DNA from: Gemmatimonadota bacterium
GTDB taxonomy: Bacteria > Latescibacterota > UBA2968 > UBA8231
Length of the DNA: 64,000 nt
Assembly (NCBI GenBank): GCA_038128265.1
Contig: JAYPJE010000016.1
Location: forward strand, 1-64,000
Reading direction: 5' to 3'
A program made the position numbers and the translations under genes. The notes under the pieces are model-generated. The model made no database searches. It saw nothing but the letters and a program-made list of their open reading frames with translations, and had not been told where the DNA came from. Positions 41,544-50,619 of the stretch are shown piece by piece (positions within the stretch are counted from its first letter, which is position 1; every line of letters begins with the position of its first letter).

Positions 41544-42452
41544 CTACCCCTTGACGGCGCCCAGCTGAATGCCGCTTATAAACCATCGCTGGCAAAGCAC
41601 GAATACGATGATCATAGGTATCAACATTAAGACGGAGCCCGCGCAGATAAGGCCGTAGTCGTTGTTATACAAATCCGATAGCTTGGCCAAACCAACGGGC
41701 AAGACCATCATCGAGTCGGAATCCGTCATGATTAGCGGCCATACAAAAGAGCGCCAGTTGCCCAGGAAGGTAAAAATGGCCAGCGCACCTAGGGCCGGTT
41801 TGGCCAGCGGCAGCACGACGTGCCAGAAAACGCCCCACGTCGAGCAGCCGTCAATATAGGCCGCCTCTTCGATTTCACGCGAAACGCCGAGCAGAAACTG
41901 GCGCAGCATAAACGTGCCGTAGGCGCTAAAGCACCCCGGTGCAATCAGGGCAAAGTAGCTGTCCAAACCGACCGGATGACCAATGTACTGGCTTCCAAAA
42001 TAGAGAAAGCCACTAAAAAAGTTTGTGTCGCCAAAGGCGTTCAGCCACAGCGGAATTTTCTTCATCAATACAAATTGGGGAATCATCAGCACGTCGGAGG
42101 GAATCATCATTGTCGCTAGATACCCCAGAAAAATCACGTCGCGGCCGCGAAACTGCAGGCGCGCAAATGCGTACGCCGCCAGCGCGCTAGTGGAGACCTG
42201 CACGGCCGTAACCGTGCTGGCGATAAACAGCGAGTTGGCATAGTAGCGCGCAAAGGCAAATGCCTCTACGACGCCCGTGTAATTGTCCGAGGTCCAGCGC
42301 GGCGGAATCCAGCCCAGGGTCACGTCGACGTTATACTTAAACGATGTGAGTAGAGTCCACACCAGCGGCACGGTCATAAGACACATTAGGACGACGAGCG
42401 CGCCGTAAATAGCGCCCATCTGCCAGCGTGCCTGCGCAGATATAGCCGACAT
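41544..42452 (-). CDS. Carbohydrate ABC transporter permease (MalG-like)
   Basis: AAYAFAR, EIEEAAYIDG EAA motif, ends GAVKG. Confidence 0.92.
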   Translation of the reverse strand: MSAISAQARWQMGAIYGALVVLMCLMTVPLVWTLLTSFKYNVDVTLGWIPPRWTSDNYTGVVEAFAFARYYANSLFIASTVTAVQVSTSALAAYAFARLQFRGRDVIFLGYLATMMIPSDVLMIPQFVLMKKIPLWLNAFGDTNFFSGFLYFGSQYIGHPVGLDSYFALIAPGCFSAYGTFMLRQFLLGVSREIEEAAYIDGCSTWGVFWHVVLPLAKPALGALAIFTFLGNWRSFVWPLIMTDSDSMMVLPVGLAKLSDLYNNDYGLICAGSVLMLIPMIIVFVLCQRWFISGIQLGAVKG

Positions 42453-43396
42453 CAAGACGTCTCCAATCGACTGCCGCCGTAGCGCCAGTTGATTAGCGTA
42501 GCAACAAAGATGAGGGCGAAGAGCACCATGGAGATAGTCGCCGCATAGCCAACTTCTAGCTGCTGATACGCTTGCGTGTAGATGTAGTAGCTAATCGTCG
42601 TCGTCGAGCCACCCGGTCCCCCACCCGTCATGATATAAGCCGCTTCGAATCCCCCCTGCAAACCGCCGATCACGCTGGTGACAAAGATAAAAAACGTAGT
42701 CGGTGCCAGCTGTGGAATCGTTATGTAGCGCAGCTTCATCCAGCCGTTGGCTCCGTCGATATCGGCTGCCTCATACAGCTCAGGAGGAATGTTCTGCAAG
42801 CCGGCCAGATAGAGAATCATGCTAAACCCACCGGCACTCGCCCACACGAAAACGATAATCAGCGCCGGCTTAGCCCAGCGCTCGTCGATTAACCATCCGG
42901 GCAACAGCGCCGCAGCATCGGCACCCGTGATGCCAAAAATGTGGTATAACTTCCAAAGAAATCCATTTATGATACCGACGTTGGGCTCATAGGTAAGCAG
43001 CATCGTCCACACCATGTAAATGGCAATGCCGCTACACAGATGCGGTATGAAAAACAGGGTGCGGAACACGACGCGACCGCGTATCTCGCGGTTTAGCAGC
43101 ACGGCCAGCAGCAGCGCACAGATCATGGAGAGCGGAATGTTGAGCATGAGAAACAGCGTGTTGGCCAAGTACTGCCAGAAATACGGATCGCGCGCCTGCC
43201 ACGCGCCATCGACGCTATCAAACCACAGCAGGTCAGCAAAATTGCCCAGCCCGACAAACGATGGCGTGCCGGTGGCCAGCTGGTAGCGATAGAGGCTCAT
43301 ACCGGCAGCCACGAGAACGGGGCCCAGCGTGAAGATGACAAAGCCCAGTAGATTGGGCAGTAAAAAAAGAACCGCCGCACGCCCCTGCCGCTTCAT
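42452..43396 (-). CDS. Carbohydrate ABC transporter permease (MalF-like)
   Basis: Start MKRQGRAA (43396); FVGLGNF, LAGLQNIPPELYEAADIDGA. Confidence 0.92.
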   Translation of the reverse strand: MKRQGRAAVLFLLPNLLGFVIFTLGPVLVAAGMSLYRYQLATGTPSFVGLGNFADLLWFDSVDGAWQARDPYFWQYLANTLFLMLNIPLSMICALLLAVLLNREIRGRVVFRTLFFIPHLCSGIAIYMVWTMLLTYEPNVGIINGFLWKLYHIFGITGADAAALLPGWLIDERWAKPALIIVFVWASAGGFSMILYLAGLQNIPPELYEAADIDGANGWMKLRYITIPQLAPTTFFIFVTSVIGGLQGGFEAAYIMTGGGPGGSTTTISYYIYTQAYQQLEVGYAATISMVLFALIFVATLINWRYGGSRLETS

Positions 43397-44682
43397 AGGT
43401 CGTCCCCCTGCGCATAAATCCGATCCAGGTAGTCGTTGGTTGTCTGGTGCGCGCGGGCCAGCGCCTCTTCGACCGACTCGCGTCCCGCCAGGGCCGCGTC
43501 TAAATCGTCGAGCATAAAGCGGTACAAATCCTCCCACCAGAGTTCCTGCGGAAAGAGATGGACGTCGTACTCCATCGATTCGACAAAGGTTTCTTCAGAC
43601 CACGGCGTATCGTCGCGCACAAAAGCACGGCGGGCCACCGATCGCTGCGGCGGCATATCGCTGCCGAGCTGGGCCATTGCCGCCGTAGCCTGCGAGCCCA
43701 CCATGTGCTTGACCAGATCCCAAGCCAACTCGGGCTGCTTGCTGTTTTTCCAGATGGTAAAACCAACGCTTGCGTAGCGCGTTTTGCGCCCGTCGGGCCC
43801 TTTGGGAAACAGGGCCGTATCCCACTCAAAGCGATCGAGGTACTGGTACTGCGGTATGCGCCACGGGCCGGAAATATCGATGGCAATGCGCCCGGCTTCA
43901 AAGGTGAACGTGCTCATCGTCGCGTCCGTACGCATGCCAGGGCGCGGCGGACTGACCTGGTGCTTGAAGTATAGATCGACGTAAAACTGGACCGCATCGC
44001 GCACGCTGGGATCGTCGAGGTTGGATACGTAGCGACCGTCTTCCATCCGCAAAAACTTTCCCCCGCCGCTCCAAACGTAGTTCGCGATGTCGTAGGGAGA
44101 GCAACCGTACACGTCGTATAAGCCGTCTTGATCGACGTCGATGGTGAGCTTTTTGGCTTTTTCAAGCAGCTCATCCCACGTCCAGTCGGGCGATGGGTAC
44201 TCGACGCCGTACTGGTCGAACAAATCTTTATTGTAAAAGCACGTGACCGTGCTGCCCTTAACCGGTAGACCATAGAGCGTGCCGTGGTAGCTATAGGCTT
44301 CCAAGCCAACCGGATAATAATCACCGACGTCGATACCGTCGCGTTTGACGAGTTCATCGAGCGGCAGCAGCTGCCCCGTGCTAGAGACCTGCGCCATTTG
44401 TCTCCAGTGCAGCACGCAAACATCGGGCGCATGCCCTGCATCCATACCGGTGAGTAATTTTTGCACTACGCTGCGCCCGGGCACAACCTCCAAGCGAAAA
44501 AGCTTATCGGGGTTTTCGCGCCGGTACTGCTCTGCCATGCGCCGAAAGAGCTGTGCTTCCTGTGGCGAGCCGTATACCCACACAGTGAGCATATCTTCCG
44601 CAGGATGCCAGTTGATGTAGCGCGCACCAACAAATGCGACGAGCACTGCGGCACACGCAGCGAATAGCCTTATATACAGCAT
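43393..44682 (-). CDS. Sugar ABC transporter substrate-binding protein (SBP family 1)
   Basis: Start MLYIRLF (44682) with N-terminal hydrophobic anchor; APDV, LYGLP, YNKDLF, WTWDELL, GPW. Confidence 0.88.
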   Translation of the reverse strand: MLYIRLFAACAAVLVAFVGARYINWHPAEDMLTVWVYGSPQEAQLFRRMAEQYRRENPDKLFRLEVVPGRSVVQKLLTGMDAGHAPDVCVLHWRQMAQVSSTGQLLPLDELVKRDGIDVGDYYPVGLEAYSYHGTLYGLPVKGSTVTCFYNKDLFDQYGVEYPSPDWTWDELLEKAKKLTIDVDQDGLYDVYGCSPYDIANYVWSGGGKFLRMEDGRYVSNLDDPSVRDAVQFYVDLYFKHQVSPPRPGMRTDATMSTFTFEAGRIAIDISGPWRIPQYQYLDRFEWDTALFPKGPDGRKTRYASVGFTIWKNSKQPELAWDLVKHMVGSQATAAMAQLGSDMPPQRSVARRAFVRDDTPWSEETFVESMEYDVHLFPQELWWEDLYRFMLDDLDAALAGRESVEEALARAHQTTNDYLDRIYAQGDDL

Positions 44683-44702
44683 GGCTGAGCCTTGGCAGGA
44701 AT

Positions 44703-44740
44703 AAAAAAATCCCCATCCATCAGAAAGTCGAACGGATGGG
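44703..44740 (-). terminator. Putative Rho-independent terminator
   Basis: Minus strand CCCATCCGT-loop-ATGGATGGG followed by GATTTTTTT. Confidence 0.65.
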
Positions 44741-44797
44741 CTCGAGCGAAATTTCGCGCCGTGCAAGGAGAACACAGCTGCGAAGAACACCACGCGT

Positions 44798-44832
44798 TTG
44801 CTGCGACAGCTCGTGAGAGTCTGTCGCAGCAA
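44798..44832. other. Perfect 12-bp stem-loop
   Basis: TTGCTGCGACAG-N11-CTGTCGCAGCAA, 40 nt downstream of the stop at 44873. Confidence 0.7.
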
Positions 44833-44872
44833 TCGCCGTGATTGATACCACAACTACTACATTGCTACTAGC

Positions 44873-45763
44873 TTAGAACTGAGCTTTGATCATACCCCAG
44901 CTAGCGGCTTCAACAGCGGTAGAACCGCCTTCCGGCCATGCAATAGCCGGATCCAACGGAGCAATCAACAGGTCCATATCGGCATGGCAGCAACCCTCAA
45001 CCTGGGTGCCCCACTGACCGATGCGGTTGTCGCCTTCACCTTCACCACCATCAACCTCGTTGACGATGAAACCGACGTGAATCGTCTCGCCTTCGGTCAG
45101 GTTGTGGATATTGACCTCAGCCTCCGTAGCTTCCGAGTTCTTCGGCATGCTGCTGATCGGCTGAATTGAGACTTCGTAGGTGTAGGTGCTCTCGCCATAC
45201 TCTTCACCTTCGAAGCTGTAGTCCACGGTGAACCACTGCGAACCGCTGGTCAACCAGGGTAGGGTCTTGTTGGGACGCAGCCACTCGAAGGTGCCTTCGA
45301 CCGGCGGAAAAGCGAACTTGTACGAAAAGCTCGTGGCCGTCTCGCCAGCGTTGTGCTGGTCGCGGGACTCGTGCAGTGCGTTGACGTCGATTTCCCAGCT
45401 ATCATCCCAGAAAAACTTACCCGGGTCCTGACGGCGAATCACGTGGATATCGTCGTAGACGCGGCTCGTCATGTAGAGATTGTTGCTTGCTTCGTTCCAA
45501 CCGGCCAGGTGGCGAATGTTCAACGAGCTAGCGTCGAGCTCTTCGATACCAGCCGCTTCGGCAAAGCCGTCCAGCGAGTTGAGACGGTCGTTCTGAATGC
45601 CGTACACATCGACGGGAATCATGGCCCAGTCGGCATCGCTACCGTCGATCATAGGCTGATTGCCATCGGGAAACTGCACGGCAACCATCAGACCGTTGTC
45701 GTGGGCCTGTGCGGAAAACGCACCGACCAAAACAGCCGTCATCGCAATGATTGACTTCCTCAT
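44873..45763 (-). CDS. Secreted protein with CBM9/DOMON-like domain and C-terminal AVE..SWG.IK tail
   Basis: Start MRKSII after GAGGAG; signal peptide; PMIDGSDADW, GWN...LY...VYDD, DSWEI, YEV pattern; ends STAVEAASWGMIKAQF. Confidence 0.65.
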   Translation of the reverse strand: MRKSIIAMTAVLVGAFSAQAHDNGLMVAVQFPDGNQPMIDGSDADWAMIPVDVYGIQNDRLNSLDGFAEAAGIEELDASSLNIRHLAGWNEASNNLYMTSRVYDDIHVIRRQDPGKFFWDDSWEIDVNALHESRDQHNAGETATSFSYKFAFPPVEGTFEWLRPNKTLPWLTSGSQWFTVDYSFEGEEYGESTYTYEVSIQPISSMPKNSEATEAEVNIHNLTEGETIHVGFIVNEVDGGEGEGDNRIGQWGTQVEGCCHADMDLLIAPLDPAIAWPEGGSTAVEAASWGMIKAQF

Positions 45764-45898
45764 TGTGTTTCTCCTCAATAAACAAGGTGGTTAAAAAAGA
45801 CTTCACGTTTTGCCGTTAACAGCACGGCGAACTACTCCTTTACCTCCTTTCACTTTCAACAAATGCAGCGATAGACACTGCACAGATGGACTGTTGGG

Positions 45899-48547
45899 CT
45901 ATTCTAACCCAGCATACACGGTAATAAATGCCTGTGTTCCCGTACTGGATTCTGCTGCAGCAAAGTCCTTACGCTCCATGGACAGGCCGACGAGCGCCTT
46001 GATAACGTATCCCTGATAGGCTGACGTATTGTTAAACTGCACGGCGCCCAAAAGGGAATTAAAGTCATTTACATCGTTATCCAAGTCGTTGAAGATCACG
46101 TACTCGACACCTGCCTGCAGTGATGTCACTTTGAGCAGCGGCAGTTCCACCAACGTCGAGAAGATCTCCGTCAGCGATTTATTGCCGCGCTGAGTAAACA
46201 GGTCTCGACTCTGGTTTATGTATTCACTCTTCCAGCGCGGTTCGACACGAATACGGCCCAGATCGCGCTTGTAGCTCACTTTGTTGATAAGTCCGAAGAA
46301 GAAGTCCGACTTGTCCACGTTGTACTGCTCGCGCAGCTGGCGGTTCATTAACTGCCGATAGAGCATGTAGTTCACCTTGTTGGTCAGTTTAAACGCACCA
46401 ACGCTCAGGTTATGCCCCAAATACGACTGGTTGACAAACGAATCGCGCGCGATGAGCGGGTCTTCTATGCGCGTTAGGCTACCGCCGCGCAGCGTATTAT
46501 CGGGAGCCCACTGCAGCAGCGGATTGGCAATATCGTCTGCGACCTTCTTGTTCATTTGAAAGAAACGCACATTGCCGTAGCGCGGAGAGCTTCCATCATA
46601 CGTGAGTAACACGTAATCACCGTGGTTTTTTTGGTCCGAAGAAATGAGCTCTTCGCGCAGTAAACCGACCATCAGGCGCATTCCCGGCAGCAGATTGACG
46701 CCGCCGTACACGTTGTATCCACGGTGGTCTTTGCGATACGGGTAGTCAGGCAATTCGTCGTTTTCGTACTGGTCGACCCAAAAGTTGTTGTTCATATCCA
46801 TGCCGAACAGGAACTCTGGTCGATCTACGGAAAAGCGCAAAAAAGGCTCTTCGTAATCGGGCAGAGAGTTCATCTTTACCCGGTTATCATTCTGGTTCAG
46901 ATCAGGAAGAAAATCGTTATTGGCATCCCAGCCGGGAAAGACTTGACGATCGGGCGCATTCCAATCGGCTCTAAACCAATCGGGAATGCGGTCCTGGTCG
47001 TCGTTATCCTCGACCAATTCAACTATGCTGCCCGGATGTGAATAGTCGATGTCTCCCTGAGTGTCCGTAACAAACGACTGCGTATTGTAGAAGGGATCCA
47101 TCGAGTAGGCCTCGCCGTATGCGAAAAAGCGCTCCGACCTTTTGGACGCATTGATCATCCAAGCCGGCGACTTGCTCTTACCGCGTATACCCGATGTGGC
47201 CCTATGCGACTCCTCGATTTGGTTGGGATATTTGCGAAAGCTCCAGCTTAAATCGTACTCGGCATACAGATCGAGCCCCCACAGATCAGATATGTTCAAC
47301 GTCCAACCCAAGACGCTGGTAGAGGTGGGAAGACCGTAATCAAAACTGACGGTGCGCAGGTTGGTGATGTCCTGAATATTGCCTTCTGCTTGGGCCACCA
47401 TCAGCAGCACGGGGTTTCCGCTGCGATCCGTCTGGCGGTCCGACGTCATCCAAATCTGATAGTCGTTGGCGACCACCAATTGGAACTCGACGCCCACCAC
47501 TTCGGAAGCATCCCCCTTGGCCCGATTGACAAAGGCCGGCGCGTTGAAGTCGTAGAGGATGCGAATTTCTTCGTTTCCATCGGCGGAAATATACCCTCTA
47601 TCGACCACACCTCCCTCGACGACGGGCAAGAATCGCAGGTCACTGCCCCGATCAACGGAACCGTCGCGATAGGTTATGACAATATCCGAACCCGAAGGAA
47701 AATACGCCGCACCGCCGGTTCCATCTTCGGGTGAATCATCCCGCAGGACGACCTGTATGGTAGATATCGTCTGGTTCTGCCGCGTAGTTAACCCTCCGCG
47801 CAGCTGGTTCTCCACCAAATCATCCGAGCGCGTATTGGAATTGTGCGAGTTAACGGCGTGTGCGCCAATCTTGACAAAATCGCCGACCTGCGTGGCGATG
47901 CGCGTCCCGAACAGCGTCGTATTATTGGTCTGCGAGACCTCTACGCCCTGGGTGCCGCGCGGCCCCGTAAAGCGCGCATAGACTATCGAGGCTTCGTGCT
48001 TGTCGTTTGCCAGGTCAAACTGAATGCCGTCCAAGCGCGGCTTGGAAAATGACATCGGCGTAAACGTCGTGCGCAGGTTCGAACTGATAGTCAGCCCGTA
48101 GTGGTACTGGCCCCGGTGATCGCCTGCGACCACGAGTTCGGCAAACCAAGAGCGAAAGCGATTGGCCTTGAATAGGACGTTGCCAAAGTCTTGTCCACTG
48201 GTCTCACCGCTGTTAAATATTAGCCATCCCTGCGATAGGCGGTTGCCGTACAAATCGTAGAAGTAGTCACCCGTCAGGCTGATATCGACCGGCCGAAGAT
48301 ACGGTTCGCGCGCGTAGTTGGTATACTCCCACTGGCGCCAGCGATACTCTGGGTAAAGCTCTTGAGGGACGTACCAACGCCGCACAGCGGGATCAACCGT
48401 CCCGACGTTTACATCGACCCCCTGTGGAGCATAGCTGATATCGTCTCTAAACTGCTGTCCCAATAGCGTTCCGTAGTTGATCTGAGCCTCTGCGGAATGG
48501 CAAAGCAGCATGAGAAAGAAGAAACTATGGCGGCACAATTTATGCAT
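45899..48547 (-). CDS. Uncharacterised secreted / putative outer-membrane protein (paralog of 54647..57319)
   Basis: Start MHKLCRH (48547); signal peptide AEA|Q; Asp/Asn-rich loops; amphipathic beta-strand-rich C-terminal third. Confidence 0.65.
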   Translation of the reverse strand: MHKLCRHSFFFLMLLCHSAEAQINYGTLLGQQFRDDISYAPQGVDVNVGTVDPAVRRWYVPQELYPEYRWRQWEYTNYAREPYLRPVDISLTGDYFYDLYGNRLSQGWLIFNSGETSGQDFGNVLFKANRFRSWFAELVVAGDHRGQYHYGLTISSNLRTTFTPMSFSKPRLDGIQFDLANDKHEASIVYARFTGPRGTQGVEVSQTNNTTLFGTRIATQVGDFVKIGAHAVNSHNSNTRSDDLVENQLRGGLTTRQNQTISTIQVVLRDDSPEDGTGGAAYFPSGSDIVITYRDGSVDRGSDLRFLPVVEGGVVDRGYISADGNEEIRILYDFNAPAFVNRAKGDASEVVGVEFQLVVANDYQIWMTSDRQTDRSGNPVLLMVAQAEGNIQDITNLRTVSFDYGLPTSTSVLGWTLNISDLWGLDLYAEYDLSWSFRKYPNQIEESHRATSGIRGKSKSPAWMINASKRSERFFAYGEAYSMDPFYNTQSFVTDTQGDIDYSHPGSIVELVEDNDDQDRIPDWFRADWNAPDRQVFPGWDANNDFLPDLNQNDNRVKMNSLPDYEEPFLRFSVDRPEFLFGMDMNNNFWVDQYENDELPDYPYRKDHRGYNVYGGVNLLPGMRLMVGLLREELISSDQKNHGDYVLLTYDGSSPRYGNVRFFQMNKKVADDIANPLLQWAPDNTLRGGSLTRIEDPLIARDSFVNQSYLGHNLSVGAFKLTNKVNYMLYRQLMNRQLREQYNVDKSDFFFGLINKVSYKRDLGRIRVEPRWKSEYINQSRDLFTQRGNKSLTEIFSTLVELPLLKVTSLQAGVEYVIFNDLDNDVNDFNSLLGAVQFNNTSAYQGYVIKALVGLSMERKDFAAAESSTGTQAFITVYAGLE

Positions 48548-48575
48548 AAAATTCCCTGCCCAATTAAGACCTCGG

Positions 48576-50591
48576 CTAATAGGCGACCGAAACGATACCG
48601 GTAGCCATCTTGCTGCCGCCGTCCACGTCGAGTTCAACCTGATACATGTATATGCCCGGGCTAACCAGCACGCCAACCTCGTCGCGGCCATCCCAGGCAA
48701 TTCCAAACGATCCGCTGCGCGTCAATTCGTTGCCTATGCGGCGCACTAAACGCCCCGTTAGGTCGAATACGTTTACCGCAACCTCCGCATTGCCCTCGAC
48801 GTTGCGCACGTCGTATTCGATAAGCACCTGGTCGTTGATTCCATCGCCGTTGGGTGTCAATACGTTTGACGATAGCTGCACATCGCTAATCAACTGGCCG
48901 CTCATCGGCGTGCGCACAGCTAGTACATCTCCGCCAAAGCGAAAGGTCGCATTGCCCGGTTTAATCTGCTGTTTCAACTCCGGCTCTGCGCTGTCGTATA
49001 CCCAACCCGTAAACTCCGTGCCAAACCGCAGCACCTTGGCATCGAATACCACCTCTATGCGCTTTTCGTTATCCTGCGGAGCCACCAGTCGGTCAAAGCT
49101 CAATACAATTCGATCGTCCTCGATCTCAGGCGGAAAGCGATCGATCATCTCGACGCCGTCGACCAATACCGACTGAACCGACTGAACGCGCGTCTGCGTG
49201 AAGATCTCTAGTTTGTCAAAGCCCTTGTCGCCCGTATCGAGCAGCGGCCGCACGACGTAGGTGAACGTGTGCACGTCAAAGCTCTCCGTCACCAACGGCC
49301 AGATCTCGCCCAGGACTTCCTGCGCGGCCGGCTGTTCATCAAAGAGAAATGCCATCTCGTCTATGCGCGGTGCAATCTGGCCGCTGCTGCGAAAAACAAC
49401 CTGAAACTGCAGATAGCGCGTGGGACTCGGAGACTGCACGACGACGCCATCTACCCACTCTTCACTCGGGTACTGTTCGTCTTGCAGACCGGCGTTAAAA
49501 TCGTACGGCGGCGACCAGGTCGACCATGCTTCGCGGTTGTATTCGCGCCGAATCTGGCCATACAAACCCGAGTTGTATGCGCCGCGATACTCGCTTTGTG
49601 TCACTTGCTCGAACTCCCCAGTGCTACCCACGCGCCAGAATATGTACGGCTGAGGCGTGTTGCCGGTCCGCGTGCGCAGCATGATCTCGCTGCCCTCGGG
49701 AAACGCACCCTTCCAGCGCACCTTACTCCATGCAACGGGTTTGCCAAAGTCCAGCACAGGGCTGGTATAGCTCGTGTTGGTGACATAGCCATCGCCGTAA
49801 ATTTCAAATTCGGCAATCTCCCAATCGCGTTCGGCATTGATCGGGCGTATTGCAATCCAATGCAAATCGCGCGTTGGAAAACGCAAATCCACTACGGCGT
49901 CCAAGTTTTCCGTGTTGCGCTGCAAAATATCCAGAGCCGGGTCGTTGGCCGCTGTTAGCGTGCGATCAATGTCATAGTACCAGCGCTTGCCGGGCTGGTT
50001 CATCCCCGGAGCCGCAACAAAGGGCGCCGTGCCATCCGCCACGCCAATCTCGTACCACTGCAGATAGTTTTCTTCAAAACCCGGGCGGGGATAAAATCGG
50101 ATGCGGTTAATAGGCAGCTCTGCTCCCAGGTTAACTATCAGGTTTTTCACATAACCGATGTTGAGACCCTGTAAACGCGGCGAAAACTCAACGCGCCGCA
50201 GCAGCGCAGTTGAGGGATCGCCATCAATCAGTACCTGCAATGCCTTCGTTGCCTCACGCGCGTATGAAGCACTCACGCTGGAGTTGAGGTGGCCTTTGCG
50301 ATCGGCCAGGCTGCGCGATAGGTTTTCGTTTGGATCGATCCACACCGGACCGATACTGTTATTGGCGTAGTCAATCATCGTGTCGATACCCGCAACTTCC
50401 GGCGCATAGTTGACCGAGCCCGTCGCCGTAACTACACCGCTCCGATCCACGATCAGATAGACCGCATTTTCGCCCGTTATCAGCCCCTGCCACGTGTTGC
50501 CATCAACGCCGCCCAGACGAAACTCGGATCGAGCCCACAGGCCATCGGCCAAAAACAAGAGCAATCCCATAAAGACTAATCGTCGCATCAT
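48576..50591 (-). CDS. Secreted protein with C-terminal FlgD-Ig / T9SS type-B-like domain
   Basis: Signal peptide; NLGAELPINRIRFYP discoidin-like motif; LTPNGDGIND...FDLTGRLVR...WDGRD...PGIY...VAY. Confidence 0.75.
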   Translation of the reverse strand: MMRRLVFMGLLLFLADGLWARSEFRLGGVDGNTWQGLITGENAVYLIVDRSGVVTATGSVNYAPEVAGIDTMIDYANNSIGPVWIDPNENLSRSLADRKGHLNSSVSASYAREATKALQVLIDGDPSTALLRRVEFSPRLQGLNIGYVKNLIVNLGAELPINRIRFYPRPGFEENYLQWYEIGVADGTAPFVAAPGMNQPGKRWYYDIDRTLTAANDPALDILQRNTENLDAVVDLRFPTRDLHWIAIRPINAERDWEIAEFEIYGDGYVTNTSYTSPVLDFGKPVAWSKVRWKGAFPEGSEIMLRTRTGNTPQPYIFWRVGSTGEFEQVTQSEYRGAYNSGLYGQIRREYNREAWSTWSPPYDFNAGLQDEQYPSEEWVDGVVVQSPSPTRYLQFQVVFRSSGQIAPRIDEMAFLFDEQPAAQEVLGEIWPLVTESFDVHTFTYVVRPLLDTGDKGFDKLEIFTQTRVQSVQSVLVDGVEMIDRFPPEIEDDRIVLSFDRLVAPQDNEKRIEVVFDAKVLRFGTEFTGWVYDSAEPELKQQIKPGNATFRFGGDVLAVRTPMSGQLISDVQLSSNVLTPNGDGINDQVLIEYDVRNVEGNAEVAVNVFDLTGRLVRRIGNELTRSGSFGIAWDGRDEVGVLVSPGIYMYQVELDVDGGSKMATGIVSVAY

Positions 50592-50619
50592 AATCGCATC
50601 TCCGAGCTCAGATTACACA

